Part shown: in pieces, positions 39,614-49,858 of the stretch | How the letters are laid out: every line of letters starts with the position of its first letter | Position numbering within the stretch: the first letter of the stretch is position 1 | Source: Candidatus Sericytochromatia bacterium | GTDB taxonomy: Bacteria > Cyanobacteriota > Sericytochromatia > S15B-MN24 > UBA4093 | Reading direction: 5' to 3' | Assembly (NCBI GenBank): GCA_036676985.1 | Contig: JAKFBU010000073.1 | Location: 118,521 to 182,520, forward strand | DNA: 64,000 bases | Notes under the pieces: model-generated | The model's database searches: none | What the model saw: the letters and a program-made list of their open reading frames with translations, nothing else | Told to the model about the DNA's origin: nothing | Program-made: the position numbers and the translations under genes

Positions 39614-40780
39614 TCACTTACCCGGCTTGAGCACCACCTTCCGGCACTGCTCGCGCTTCCGATCGAACACGTCGTATCCCTGCGCCGCGTCCTCCAGGGA
39701 CATGCGGTGGGTGATGATCTCCTGGGGCCGCAGGTGCCCCAGCTCGATCAACGACAGCACCCCCGGCAGGTACTTCTGGACATGCGTCTGCCCCATGCGC
39801 AAGGTCAGCCCCTTGTCGAACGCGTCTCCCAGCAGGAACGCGTGCATGAACCCCACGTACACGCCCGGGATGCTCACGATCCCGCCGCGCCGGGTCACTG
39901 CGATGCACTGCCGGATGGCCGTGCCCGTGCTCGTCTCCAGCTTCAGCTCCAAGAGGGCGCTCTCGATGCGGCTACCCTTGGCCTCGAAGCCCACCGCGTC
40001 GATGGCCGCATCCACCCCCCGGTAATCCGTATCCTCCACGATGAAGCCCGCGGGATCCCGGTCCCGGTAGTTGAGGGGAGTCACCCCGTACTGGGCGGCG
40101 GCGAACTCCGTCCGGTAATCCTCCTCGTCCACCAGGTAGATCTTGCGCGCCCCCTTGTGCCGCGCCACCTCGGCGCACAGGAGCCCGACCGGACCTGCCC
40201 CGTAGATGGCGACCGTCGAGCCCGGCCCGACCTCCGCCTGAGCCACCGCCTGGTAAGCGGTCGTCAGGATGTCGCCCAAAAAGAGCACCTGCTCATCCTC
40301 CAGGCCGTCCGGGACCTTGAAAGGGTTCACGTTGGCGTGGGGCACCCGCACGAACTCCGCCTGGCCCCCGGACACGCCGCCGTACAGGTGCGAGTAGCCG
40401 AAGAAGGCGGCCGCCGGACGCAGCTGCTTCTTGTTGATGGCCCCGCCCGGGCCGGGATTGGTGCGCTCGCAGCCCGAATAGAGGCCCTTCTGGCAGAAGT
40501 AGCACTGGCCGCAGGCGATGACGAACGGCACGACGACGCGATCGCCCTTCTTGACCCGCGTGACCTCCCGGCCGACCTCCTCGACCACGCCCATGAACTC
40601 GTGCCCCAGGATGTCGCCCGGCTTCAGGCCCAACACCTTGCCGTGGTACATGTGCAGGTCCGAGCCGCAGATGGCGCACGTCGTCACCCGCACGATGGCG
40701 TCATCCGCGGCCTCGAGGGCCGGATCGGCCACGGTCTCGACCCGGAAGTCGCGCTCGGCGTGGTACACGACAGCCCGCAT
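39614..40780 (-). CDS. Zinc-dependent alcohol dehydrogenase (glutathione-dependent formaldehyde dehydrogenase-like, YbdR type)
   Basis: ICGSDLH, GHEFMG, CGQCYFC...[21 protein letters not shown]. Confidence 0.92.
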   Translation of the reverse strand: MRAVVYHAERDFRVETVADPALEAADDAIVRVTTCAICGSDLHMYHGKVLGLKPGDILGHEFMGVVEEVGREVTRVKKGDRVVVPFVIACGQCYFCQKGLYSGCERTNPGPGGAINKKQLRPAAAFFGYSHLYGGVSGGQAEFVRVPHANVNPFKVPDGLEDEQVLFLGDILTTAYQAVAQAEVGPGSTVAIYGAGPVGLLCAEVARHKGARKIYLVDEEDYRTEFAAAQYGVTPLNYRDRDPAGFIVEDTDYRGVDAAIDAVGFEAKGSRIESALLELKLETSTGTAIRQCIAVTRRGGIVSIPGVYVGFMHAFLLGDAFDKGLTLRMGQTHVQKYLPGVLSLIELGHLRPQEIITHRMSLEDAAQGYDVFDRKREQCRKVVLKPGK

Positions 40781-40872
40781 GGGACCTCCCTTCCGATAGC
40801 GGTGAAGCGGACGCTATTCGTCTCGCCCCGTTCTAAGGGAGGTGTCCAGCGGCGCGCAAGAATCAGGCGCGC

Positions 40873-41148
40873 TCAGCCGGCGAGCTGATTCTGCCAGCGA
40901 TCGTGATCCGTGCGGATCTCGACTTCCTGCTGCTCGAGATCCCCGAGCACCTGTCGGATCTCCTGCACCATGGGCGCCAGATCCCGGATCAGCGCCTCGT
41001 ACTCGGCGATGATCTTCTGGGTGCCCTCGATTTCATTGAGTAGCGCCTTGAGCTTGGCATTCAAGCGGGCGCGCTCGGCGCTCAACCCGCGCAGCAGCAC
41101 CTCGTCCAGCTCGGCCTGCCGCTGCGCCCGCAACCGTCGGAAGTCCAC
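40873..41148 (-). CDS. Small coiled-coil hypothetical protein
   Basis: GGGAGAGGG SD-like sequence before GTG; heptad-rich helical sequence. Confidence 0.55.
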   Translation of the reverse strand: MDFRRLRAQRQAELDEVLLRGLSAERARLNAKLKALLNEIEGTQKIIAEYEALIRDLAPMVQEIRQVLGDLEQQEVEIRTDHDRWQNQLAG

Positions 41149-41439
41149 GGTCTCACCCTCTCCCTTCGTCCCGGGCATGGCCCGGCTGTTCGATCAGGGA
41201 CCCCTTGTTCGTGAACCCGGCATCCGTCCAGGAACCAGGCGCCGCCGGGCGACGCCTCGCCAATGCGTGTTATACCCCAAGCAACCACCCGAAACCCAGA
41301 CAAACAGGGATTCACGGGCAAAGGAAGACGCTCAAAGGCCCATCACGAGGGCTCCGCGACACAAAACTTGATTCGCTCCCATCGAAAAAGCGAGCGAGGG
41401 TCAGGGTACAATCCGATCCCCGATCCGAGTGAGGCCCGC

Positions 41440-42801
41440 ATGGAATTCGACCTGAGATTTTTCGCCAACCTCTTCAACGTCACGGGTATCGGCATCGTCA
41501 TGCTCGTGTCGTTGCTCGTCGGCACCTCTTACTCCCATCGGTTCTTCCAGGCCTGGAAGTACGCCTACCTCTGCAACTTCGGCCTCATCTCCCTGGAGCT
41601 GTTCGCTCCCGCCCTGGGGCGCCCCTTCGCGCTGACGGTCTTCGAGGCCGCCATCATCGCCAGCAGCGCCTGGCTCTTCACCCAGACCGGCCGCCTCATG
41701 AAGGCGCGGCCGCTTCCCCTCTGGACCTACGGCGTGACGTGCGCGGGCTTCGCCGGGTGGGCGGCCGCAATGCTCATGCTGGGCCAGCCCTTCGCGATGG
41801 TCGCGGCGCCCCCCCTGCTCTGCCTGACGATCGCCTACTTCTACCTGGGCGGCATGCTCGTGGCTCGGAGCATTCGCCGTGCAAACGAGCGCTATCTCGC
41901 CTTTGGCTGGTTCGTCATCCTCAACGGCCTCCTGCCCATCTCGTTTCCCGTCCTGGAGCCCACGCCCTACTTCTGGGCCGGGTACTGGGCCGCGGGCGTC
42001 ACGCACCTCCTGGTGGGCATCGGGATGATCGTCACGCTGCTCGAGACCTCCAAACGGGAGATCCAGCTGAAGAACGACGAGCTGCGGCAGCTGGACCGCA
42101 TGAAGGACGAGTTCGTCAGCACCGTGACCCACGAGCTGCGCACCCCGCTCACGGCCATCAAGGGGGCCACCTGGATCCTGGATCAGGAGCCCCTGTCCGC
42201 CCAGCAGTCGCAGATGGTGCGGATGGTGGCGAGCCATACCGACCGGCTCACTCGCCTCATCGGTGACGTCCTGGACTACTCGAAGCTCGAGGCGGGCCAC
42301 ATGCGCTTCACGCTGGCCGCGGGCGACCTGCGCCACCTGGTCCAGGACGCCGTGGCGGGCTATGCCCCCATCTTCGCGGCCCGCGGCCTGACATGGCGCC
42401 TGGAGCTCGCCACCGAGCCCATGCCCGCCATGTTCGACGCGGACAAGCTGACGCAGGTCATCGTGAACCTGCTGGCCAACGCGCTCAAGTTCACGCCCGA
42501 AGGGGGGACCGTCACCTTCCGGACCGTCCGGGAAGCGGATCAGGTCCGGTTCGAGGTCTCCGACACGGGGCCGGGCCTGCCGCCCGAGGAGCTCGCGCGC
42601 GTCTTCACCCACTTCTATCAGGTGAACGGCGGGAACGCCCGCCCAGCCAAGGGGAGCGGCCTGGGCCTCGCCATCTGCCGCGCCATCGTGGAAGAAGGGC
42701 ACCTGGGCCGCATCTGGGCCGAGAGCGAGCCCGGGGAGGGCAGCACCTTCTACGTGTCGCTGCCCGTGATCCCTGCCATCGCTCCGGTCGTCGGGGTCTA
42801 G
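41440..42801 (+). CDS. Membrane (7TM) sensor histidine kinase
   Basis: Hydrophobic N-terminal half; THELRTPL, NALKF, DTGPG, GSGLGL. Confidence 0.92.
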   Translation: MEFDLRFFANLFNVTGIGIVMLVSLLVGTSYSHRFFQAWKYAYLCNFGLISLELFAPALGRPFALTVFEAAIIASSAWLFTQTGRLMKARPLPLWTYGVTCAGFAGWAAAMLMLGQPFAMVAAPPLLCLTIAYFYLGGMLVARSIRRANERYLAFGWFVILNGLLPISFPVLEPTPYFWAGYWAAGVTHLLVGIGMIVTLLETSKREIQLKNDELRQLDRMKDEFVSTVTHELRTPLTAIKGATWILDQEPLSAQQSQMVRMVASHTDRLTRLIGDVLDYSKLEAGHMRFTLAAGDLRHLVQDAVAGYAPIFAARGLTWRLELATEPMPAMFDADKLTQVIVNLLANALKFTPEGGTVTFRTVREADQVRFEVSDTGPGLPPEELARVFTHFYQVNGGNARPAKGSGLGLAICRAIVEEGHLGRIWAESEPGEGSTFYVSLPVIPAIAPVVGV

Positions 42802-43172
42802 CTCCAGCCCAAGTAGCTGCGGATTTGCCGGCCCAGGATCTCGGGATCGAAGGGCTTGGCGATGACGCCCTTGGCCCCGAGCCGCAAGAGACGGGCGAAC
42901 TCCTCTTCCGCCTTGGCCGTGAAGAAGAGGACGGGGATGTCCGCCGTGGCCTCATCCGAGCGCAGCCGCCGCAGGGTCTCGATCCCGTCCATGCCGGGCA
43001 TCATCACGTCGAGCAGGATGACGTCCGGACGCTCCGCGCCGGCCGCATGGAGCCCGGCGGGGCCCGAGCTCGCGCCCAGGACCTGCCAGCCCTCGGTGGC
43101 CTCGAGGATGACCTCGAGCAGGGAGCGGATGTCGTCGTCGTCGTCGATGACCAAGAGGCGTCGGGGCGTCAT
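42798..43172 (-). CDS. Single-domain response regulator (receiver)
   Basis: LLVIDDDD, LLDVMMPGMDG, FFTAK, KPFDP. Confidence 0.92.
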   Translation of the reverse strand: MTPRRLLVIDDDDDIRSLLEVILEATEGWQVLGASSGPAGLHAAGAERPDVILLDVMMPGMDGIETLRRLRSDEATADIPVLFFTAKAEEEFARLLRLGAKGVIAKPFDPEILGRQIRSYLGWS

Positions 43173-43256
43173 GCAGTGTCTCGCGGGGGGGGCCCTGCTA
43201 TCATAGGGGAAGCCGCACGACCTGGCCAGCGGGCCTCGGGGCGGCGGGGAGGGACG

Positions 43257-44027
43257 ATGCCCTTCACCATGACCTTTCTCGGCGTGGGCAGCGGCGTCAC
43301 GCCCGAGCTCGGGAACACCAACGTGCTGGTCGAAGGCGCCGATCCGCGGTCGGCTCTGCTCATCGACTGCGGCTACACCACGCCCACCAAGCTCCTGGAG
43401 CTCGGCCGCCTCACGGACGTCCGGCACCTCGTCCTGACCCACGTCCACGCGGACCATGCGGGCGGCATCGAGCCCCTGGCCGTCCTGTGCCGATACGTCC
43501 ACCGGCACCGCCCGACGCTCTACGTGCCGGAGCCCCTCTGGGAAGAGCTCTGGCACGGGTCCCTGCGGGGCGGCCTCGAGAAGACCCAGACCGCCGCGGG
43601 CGAGCCCGCCTCCGTCGGCCTGGACGAGTACCTGGACGTGCGCGTGCTCTCGGACGAGGAGCCCACCGTTCGGCTGCAGGGGCTGCCGGACGTGACCTAC
43701 GTGCCCACGCGCCACGTGGCGGGCAAGGCGGCCTACAGCTTGTTTCTGGGCGATCGCCTCTACTACTCCGGCGACACGCAGCTCCTGCCGCCGGCCGAAG
43801 GTCCGACGGGACTGCCCCTCGCGGCCATCTTCCAGGACTGCCAGCTCTTCAGCACGCCCTCGAACGTCCACACGCCCCTCGAGCAGCTCGCGCGCGAGCT
43901 GCCCCCGGAGCTGAAGGCCATCACCTACCTGATGCACTACGGTCGCGGCCACGAGGCCATCGATCCCCTGGCGCTCGGCTTCCGGGGGTTCGTCCGCCCC
44001 ATGCAACCCCTCTCGTTCGGGCTTTAG
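43257..44027 (+). CDS. MBL-fold metallo-hydrolase
   Basis: FLGVGS, LIDCG, THVHADHAGG, YSGDT, VHT, MHY. Confidence 0.9.
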   Translation: MPFTMTFLGVGSGVTPELGNTNVLVEGADPRSALLIDCGYTTPTKLLELGRLTDVRHLVLTHVHADHAGGIEPLAVLCRYVHRHRPTLYVPEPLWEELWHGSLRGGLEKTQTAAGEPASVGLDEYLDVRVLSDEEPTVRLQGLPDVTYVPTRHVAGKAAYSLFLGDRLYYSGDTQLLPPAEGPTGLPLAAIFQDCQLFSTPSNVHTPLEQLARELPPELKAITYLMHYGRGHEAIDPLALGFRGFVRPMQPLSFGL

Positions 44028-44167
44028 GCGGCGGCGGGCCGCGAGGCGAGCAACGCTGTCCCAAGCTGGGATTTACTCCGGGCCGGGGCGGAGTATCCTA
44101 GTCACCCGGGGGCGGTGCGGGGCCGCCGAACCGAGCAGCGGTCGCGCAGGGGCGCCAGGAGGTCACC

Positions 44168-44653
44168 ATGCCCACCGAATGGGAACAGGCCCGGGCTCAG
44201 AAGTCGCTGGCGTACTTTGACGAGCTGTCTCAGTCGTTCGACCCGATCATCGGCAACTTCAACACCAACTACGTGGATGACCTCGAGCGCATCCACCGCA
44301 TCGACCCCAGGCCGATCCTGGGGGAGGCGGAGCTGCCCGACGACGGACGGGTGCGGCTCTTCCAGCGCAAGACCTGTTTTCTCAAGGTGCTCCTGGAGGG
44401 CCCCGGCAGCATCCTGCTCGGCTGGGGCTACTGGATCCCCGGCACCGGGGACGTGGTCTTCCCCGAGGTCAACCGCCTGCTGCTCGACACCCGGAACTGC
44501 TGGCAGCTGTATCGGTACCACGAGCAAATCGCGCGGAAGGATCACGTCGTGGGCGCCGACACGCTGCCCTACCACATGGCCAAGACGCTCGTGGCGCGGC
44601 TCGCCGAGGTGTCCTCGGTGGAGCCGGAGCTCGTCAGCCCGCTTGCCTTGTAG
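44168..44653 (+). CDS. Hypothetical protein
   Basis: AGGAGG + ATG; coding-like codon usage; apparent operon with the next gene. Confidence 0.7.
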   Translation: MPTEWEQARAQKSLAYFDELSQSFDPIIGNFNTNYVDDLERIHRIDPRPILGEAELPDDGRVRLFQRKTCFLKVLLEGPGSILLGWGYWIPGTGDVVFPEVNRLLLDTRNCWQLYRYHEQIARKDHVVGADTLPYHMAKTLVARLAEVSSVEPELVSPLAL

Positions 44654-44671
44654 CGCGTCGAGGAGGCTCCC

Positions 44672-46009
44672 ATGCCCAGCCGTCGTCTCTGGTCGCCCGA
44701 GGTCACGCTCCGCCGTTCGGACTGGGTGCGGCGACGCGCGTTGCCGCTCACGGGCGGCCGCAGCGACTTCGACGACGCCATGGACCTGGTCGGCGACGCC
44801 CGGATCGTGATGCTCGGCGAGGCCTCCCATGGCACGGCCGACTTCTACTCGGCGCGCGCGCGCCTCACGCAGCGCCTCATCGCGGAGCAGGGCTTCAACC
44901 TGGTCGCCATCGAGGGCGACTGGCCGGACTCCCTGTATGTGAACCGCTACGTGAAGGGCGGTCCCGGCACGGCTCTCGACTCCCTGCGCGGCTTCAGGCG
45001 CTACCCGACCTGGATGTGGCGCAACACCGTGGTGCTCGGCTTCATCGAGTGGCTCCGGGGCTTCAACGAGGGGCTCGATGACGCCCAGCCGAAGGTCGGC
45101 TTCTACGGGCTCGACGTGTACAGCCTGCATGCGTCCATGGAGGCCGTCCTGCGCTACCTGCGCCGGGTGGACCCGCCCGCGGCCGAGATCGCGCGGCAGC
45201 GCTACGCCTGTTTCGGGCCCTTCGGCGACGACACGCAGCGCTATGCCCTCCATGCCCACTTCATGGACCAGTCGTGCGAGGACGAGGTGGTGCAGACGCT
45301 CAAGGACCTGCAGGCGCGCCGCTGGCGCTACGTGGGCGCCAGCTCGTCGGAGGCGCTGTTCGAGGCGGAGCTCAACGCGCTCGCGGTGCTCGACGCGGAG
45401 CGTTACTACCGGGCGATGATCCAGAGCGACGCTACGAGCTGGAACCTGCGCGACGAGCACATGGCCACGGTGCTCGAGCGGCTGCTCGCGCACAGCGGAC
45501 CCACGAGCAAGGCAATCCTGTGGGAGCACAACACGCACATCGGGGACTTCCGGGCGACGAGCGAGGCCCGGGACGGCTACCTGAACATCGGGCAGCTCGT
45601 GCGCGAGCGTTACGGGGAAGACGCGGTGGCCGTGGGCTTCGGGACGCACCGGGGCACGGTGACGTGCTCGTCGGAGTGGGACGGTCCGGCGGAGTTCAAG
45701 CCGGTGCCGCCGGCGCGGCCGGGCAGCGTCGAAGACGTCTTCCATCAGGCGGGGGTGCCGAGCTGGTATATGCGCTTCAAGGGGCTGGAGCGCGAGGCCA
45801 TGCCGGACGGCTGGCTCTTCGAGGCCCAGGACGAGCGGGCCATCGGGGTGGTGTACCACCCGGAGCGCGAGGACTTCGGGAACTACCTGTCGTCGCGGCT
45901 CGCCGAGCGGTACGACGCGTACTTTTTCTTCGACGAGACCTTCGCCGTGGAGCCCCTGGACCAGGGGCCGGTGCCTCCGGGGTTGGAGACGTATCCGCTG
46001 GGACAGTAG
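44672..46009 (+). CDS. Erythromycin esterase family protein
   Basis: LGEASHGT, IEGDWPD, GLDVYS, WNLRDEHM, WEHNTHIGD, RAIGVVY. Confidence 0.92.
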   Translation: MPSRRLWSPEVTLRRSDWVRRRALPLTGGRSDFDDAMDLVGDARIVMLGEASHGTADFYSARARLTQRLIAEQGFNLVAIEGDWPDSLYVNRYVKGGPGTALDSLRGFRRYPTWMWRNTVVLGFIEWLRGFNEGLDDAQPKVGFYGLDVYSLHASMEAVLRYLRRVDPPAAEIARQRYACFGPFGDDTQRYALHAHFMDQSCEDEVVQTLKDLQARRWRYVGASSSEALFEAELNALAVLDAERYYRAMIQSDATSWNLRDEHMATVLERLLAHSGPTSKAILWEHNTHIGDFRATSEARDGYLNIGQLVRERYGEDAVAVGFGTHRGTVTCSSEWDGPAEFKPVPPARPGSVEDVFHQAGVPSWYMRFKGLEREAMPDGWLFEAQDERAIGVVYHPEREDFGNYLSSRLAERYDAYFFFDETFAVEPLDQGPVPPGLETYPLGQ

Positions 46010-46031
46010 CTCAGGGGGTGGTCATGCACGT

Positions 46032-46177
46032 AAGGAGGCCCCCCCCGGCCCCCCCTCTAGAGGGGGGAGGGATCATGGGTGGGTGGAAAGCCACGCTACT
46101 CCTTTGAATCTTGGGTGTAGCTACCCCTCCCGATGGCTTCCCCCCCTCTAGAGGGGGGGTTAGGGGGGGTCCTCCTT
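46032..46177. repeat. REP-like inverted pair (C8-GG-C7-TCTAGA-G6 and reverse counterpart)
   Basis: Arms 46032-46068 and 46138-46177; between convergent genes; same architecture as 1085-1235. Confidence 0.75.
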
Positions 46178-46188
46178 GTTCATCGTCC

Positions 46189-46821
46189 TCACCGTCGCGG
46201 CGCCTCGTACAGCTGACGCGTGGTCGCGCTGGTCGCGACCTCGTCCACCCGCCGGTAGGTCCCCACGAGCAGGTCCACCAGCGGCGTCGTCACCCCGTAC
46301 CAGTAGCGCTCGTTCTTGTAGTGGTGCCACCGGTGGTACTTCTTCATCCACCGCCCCCAGGCCGTCCGCGGCACGCCCGGCAGATGGGCCACGTAGTGGA
46401 CCCACTCGTAGTACAGGTAGCCGCAGAGGCTCCCGGCCATGAGTGCCAGCGTGACGCCCAGGCTCCGGCTCACGGCGAGGTAGACGAGCGCATGGAACGT
46501 CACGAGCGGCAGATACAGATACAGCGGCGTGAACAGCAGCTCCACCCGGTCCGGATCCTGGTGGTGGTCGTAATGCGTCCGCCGCTGCAACCGGTAGAAC
46601 CAGCCGCTGCCCACCGGACGCGCATGCAGGAGCCAGCGGTGCACCCCGTACTCGTGCAGCGGAAACAGCAAGAGCCCAAGAACCACGAACGGCCACAGGC
46701 TCGAGACGTCGAAGGAGCGGCACCAGAGGCCCACGCACCCCAACAGCGTGGCCAGGATGGCGAGGTTGCTGCCGTGCCGGAAGAAAACGGCGACCCGGCG
46801 CCAGGGAGAGAGCGATCGCAT
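46189..46821 (-). CDS. Sterol desaturase / fatty acid hydroxylase family protein
   Basis: His boxes EY.VHRWLLH, HYDHH, YEWVHYVAH, HRWHH, YGVT. Confidence 0.9.
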   Translation of the reverse strand: MRSLSPWRRVAVFFRHGSNLAILATLLGCVGLWCRSFDVSSLWPFVVLGLLLFPLHEYGVHRWLLHARPVGSGWFYRLQRRTHYDHHQDPDRVELLFTPLYLYLPLVTFHALVYLAVSRSLGVTLALMAGSLCGYLYYEWVHYVAHLPGVPRTAWGRWMKKYHRWHHYKNERYWYGVTTPLVDLLVGTYRRVDEVATSATTRQLYEAPRR

Positions 46822-46901
46822 GGCACTACCTCCATCCCGGGATCGTAAGCCCCCCGCGGGCCCGGCCACATCGCCGCACCCGCCGAAGGCCGTGGGAGGT
46901 T

Positions 46902-48614
46902 CTAGCTTGCCTGCTCGGGCCGGCGGGCGACGATCGCCAGCAAGTCGTCGAGAAAGGAGTCCGCGGCCACCGGGGCCGTGCCGTCGATGGCCTCCGCCAC
47001 CACACCGAGCTTCTGGGCGAGCAGGCGCTCGATCTCCTCGTCCAGCGTCTCGACTGCCGAGAGGTAGGTGACGGTGACGGCGTTCGTCTGGCCGATGCGG
47101 TACGGCCGGTCCTCGGCCTGCAGATGCTCGGCCGGCACGAAGGAGTAGTCCACGAACACCACCTGGGTCGCGGCCGTCAGCGAGAGCCCCGTGCCCGCCG
47201 CCTGCAGGTTGCCGACGAAGACCCCGACCGCCGGATCCGTCTGGAAGGCCTCCACCGCCGCCTGGCGCTCCGGGCCGGAATGGCTCCCCGTCACGGCCAC
47301 CGCCTCCGCCCCGAAATGGGCCACCAAGGCATCAACTACAACTTGGTGACAGGTAAACACGATGACCTTCTCGCCGGCCTCCCGGATCTCGGCGGCCAGG
47401 GCGATCGCCGCGGGGATCTTCGCGATCGCCGCCGCATGCCGCAGCTTCGCCACCTCGGCGAGGAGCATGTGGCGGGGCACCCGCTTGCGGGTGGCGAGCT
47501 TCGCCACGTAGTCCGTCCACACGCGGCGGTAGGCCGAGAGGTCCACCGCCACGGGCATGTAGGTCCTGAGCTTGGGCGGCAGGTCCAGGACCTCCGACTT
47601 GCGCCGACGCAGGAGTACGCCCGAAAGCCGGTCGTGCAGCTCGTCCAGGTGCGAGGCCCCGTTCATGTCCCAGCCGTGCTCGGTCTGAAAGGCCGCGCAG
47701 TAGCGCAGGGCGAAGGGCAGGAGGTCGTCGCCCAGAGGATGCCTGAGTGCCTTGAGAAGGGCGAAGAGATCGAGCGGCCGGTTGGTGAGCGGCGTGCCCG
47801 TGAGCAGGTAGACGCGCTCGGCCCTGTCCGCGAGGCCCCGGATCCGGCCTCCGGGCAGCCGGCCGAGACGCTTGCCCTTGCGCTCGCCGCCGACCACGAG
47901 CTGCGAACGCTGCGATCGCCGGTTCTTGAGGTAGTGGGCCTCGTCGAGGATGAGGCAGGCCCATTCCTCGGCAAGCAGCGCCGCATGGTGGCGGCGCAAG
48001 AGGTCGTAGTTCACCACCGTCCAGCGCGCGAGCCGCGCCTGGCCACCGGTCACCACCGAGACGTCCGGCGCACCGCCCAGGGCCAGGCGGATCTCGCGCT
48101 CCCAGTTGAGCTTCAAGGAGGCCGGGCAGACCACGAGGATTCGGCCCTCGGGCGAGCCCTCGTGCGCCGCGATGATGGCCTGGCGCGTCTTGCCGAGGCC
48201 CATGTCGTCCGCGAGCAGAGCCCCGCGCTCGGGCCGCGGGCGCAAGAGGAACTCGACGCCCGTGTACTGGTGCGGGAAGAGCCCCGGATAGGCCGCCTTC
48301 AGCCCCGGCACCGCGCGCTCGTAGGCGGCAAGCGCGCGCGCGTTGCGGGCGGCCTCGGCGCCGAGGGCCTCCTGGGCGGCCGCATGCAAGGGAGCCAGGG
48401 CCTCGGGTGATAGTCCAATCGCCTCGAAGGTCCGCGCGAGCTCGGGAGCGAGCCAGCGCGGCACGTGCCAGGCGCGGGTCTCCGGGTCGAAGTGGCGCTG
48501 GCGCAGCTGCTTGAGGGCGTTCACCCACTGGGGGCGGTACGTGAAGGTGAGGACGATCTCGTCCGGCGCGAGCGCGACCGCGAGCTCACCGTCCTGTGGC
48601 GCGGGCCCGGTCAT
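46902..48614 (-). CDS. SNF2-family helicase (HARP/SMARCAL1-like)
   Basis: N-terminal FDPETRAWHVP; LADDMGLGKT, DEAH, TGTP..NRP, QAEDR.YRIGQ. Confidence 0.9.
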   Translation of the reverse strand: MTGPAPQDGELAVALAPDEIVLTFTYRPQWVNALKQLRQRHFDPETRAWHVPRWLAPELARTFEAIGLSPEALAPLHAAAQEALGAEAARNARALAAYERAVPGLKAAYPGLFPHQYTGVEFLLRPRPERGALLADDMGLGKTRQAIIAAHEGSPEGRILVVCPASLKLNWEREIRLALGGAPDVSVVTGGQARLARWTVVNYDLLRRHHAALLAEEWACLILDEAHYLKNRRSQRSQLVVGGERKGKRLGRLPGGRIRGLADRAERVYLLTGTPLTNRPLDLFALLKALRHPLGDDLLPFALRYCAAFQTEHGWDMNGASHLDELHDRLSGVLLRRRKSEVLDLPPKLRTYMPVAVDLSAYRRVWTDYVAKLATRKRVPRHMLLAEVAKLRHAAAIAKIPAAIALAAEIREAGEKVIVFTCHQVVVDALVAHFGAEAVAVTGSHSGPERQAAVEAFQTDPAVGVFVGNLQAAGTGLSLTAATQVVFVDYSFVPAEHLQAEDRPYRIGQTNAVTVTYLSAVETLDEEIERLLAQKLGVVAEAIDGTAPVAADSFLDDLLAIVARRPEQAS

Positions 48615-48616
48615 GG

Positions 48617-49246
48617 CTAGATGAGGACGCGCGTGCTCGAGGTGGCGATCCGCGCTTCGGGCAGGCGGTTCAGGTAGACGAGCGTCGGGCCCTGGGCCGT
48701 CAGGTGGATCTCGCTGTAGGAGGCGTTGTGCAGCTCGAAGAAGACGCCGCTCGGAAACGGCAGGTTCAGCAGGGCGTGGATCAGGCGGCGCAGGATGGCC
48801 CCGTGGGCGACCACGGCCACCCGCCCGGTGTGGGCGGACCGGACCTTCGCGACGAAGCCCTCCACCCGTTCGCGCTGGGCGTCCTCGCTCTCGGCGCCCG
48901 GCACCACCGACCAGCGGCCCGTCTCCTTGAAGCGGCGGTAGTCCTCCGGGTGGTGCTCGGCGATGTGGGCCCAGGTGCGGCCCGAGAACAGGCCGATGTC
49001 GATCTCCCGGATCATGGGATCGATGAGCGGGGTGATCCCCAGCCGCGCCGCGATCGCCTCGCCGGTCTCCTTGGCGCGCAACAGGTCGCTCGCGTACAGG
49101 GCCTCGAAGCGCTCGTGCGCGAGCGCTGCTGCCAGCGCGCGGGCCTGCTCGCGCCCGGCCTCGCTCAACGGCGAGTCGAAGTGGCCCTGGACGATACCCT
49201 GGCGGTTCGCCTCGGATTCCCCGTGGCGGATGAGGACGAGTTCCAA
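48617..49246 (-). CDS. Histidine phosphatase family protein
   Basis: LIRHGES, SDL.RA.ET, E...G, VAHG. Confidence 0.92.
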   Translation of the reverse strand: MELVLIRHGESEANRQGIVQGHFDSPLSEAGREQARALAAALAHERFEALYASDLLRAKETGEAIAARLGITPLIDPMIREIDIGLFSGRTWAHIAEHHPEDYRRFKETGRWSVVPGAESEDAQRERVEGFVAKVRSAHTGRVAVVAHGAILRRLIHALLNLPFPSGVFFELHNASYSEIHLTAQGPTLVYLNRLPEARIATSSTRVLI

Positions 49247-49288
49247 GTCAGGCTTCCTTTCCGGCGGTCTAGACCCCCGGATCGAAGC

Positions 49289-49495
49289 TTACCACAGGCG
49301 CCACCAGGGGCGCGCGAGCTCCTGCTTGAAGGAGGAGAATTTCTGGTTGGAACGGGCGAACTCGCGCAGGAGCCACTCGCCGGATCCCTCGCGGGCCACG
49401 TCGGTAGGCTTCAGGGGAGCCGTCATGTTGAGCGGGGTCGCTGCCCCCTGCGGGCGCTTGGTCATGCGTCCCTGGCTTGCCGTCAATCCTGCCAT
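49289..49495 (-). CDS. Small protein with C-terminal RPWWRLW motif
   Basis: ATG 1 nt after the upstream stop; Trp-rich amphipathic tail. Confidence 0.5.
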   Translation of the reverse strand: MAGLTASQGRMTKRPQGAATPLNMTAPLKPTDVAREGSGEWLLREFARSNQKFSSFKQELARPWWRLW

Positions 49496-49496
49496 G

Positions 49497-49706
49497 TCAC
49501 CACCACCACTTCATCCAGGCACGCTTGGCCGGGTCTCCCTGAGGGCCGCTCGTGAGGAGCTTGACCTGCTCGGCCAGCGTCCGGGCTCGCTCCCGGTGAT
49601 ACGCCAAATCGGCCTGCGCGTCGGCGAGCGCCTCCTGGAGGCGCGCGATCTCTTCGGCCTGGGCCAAGAGGCGCCGGCGAACCTCGATCTCGTCCTGGAC
49701 CATCAT
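49497..49706 (-). CDS. Small coiled-coil protein with C-terminal KRAWMKWWW motif
   Basis: AAGAGGG SD; heptad pattern; Trp-rich tail. Confidence 0.6.
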   Translation of the reverse strand: MMVQDEIEVRRRLLAQAEEIARLQEALADAQADLAYHRERARTLAEQVKLLTSGPQGDPAKRAWMKWWW

Positions 49707-49858
49707 CGTTCCCTCTTCTTACGGACTAGGAGGCCCATGGTCGCAGGCATGGGGCCGGATGTCGGTGATCCCCCTTACGCTCCGGCACGATGGGAGCATG
49801 GGCCGGGTGGTAGAATCGCTCCGATGACTCGCGCAGGAGTCGAGAAGAGGATCGAAAC

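Noticed and set aside
44672-46009. Macrolide resistance gene
   Set aside because: Belongs to the broad chromosomal erythromycin-esterase-like family; no mobile context; resistance cannot be inferred from the motifs.
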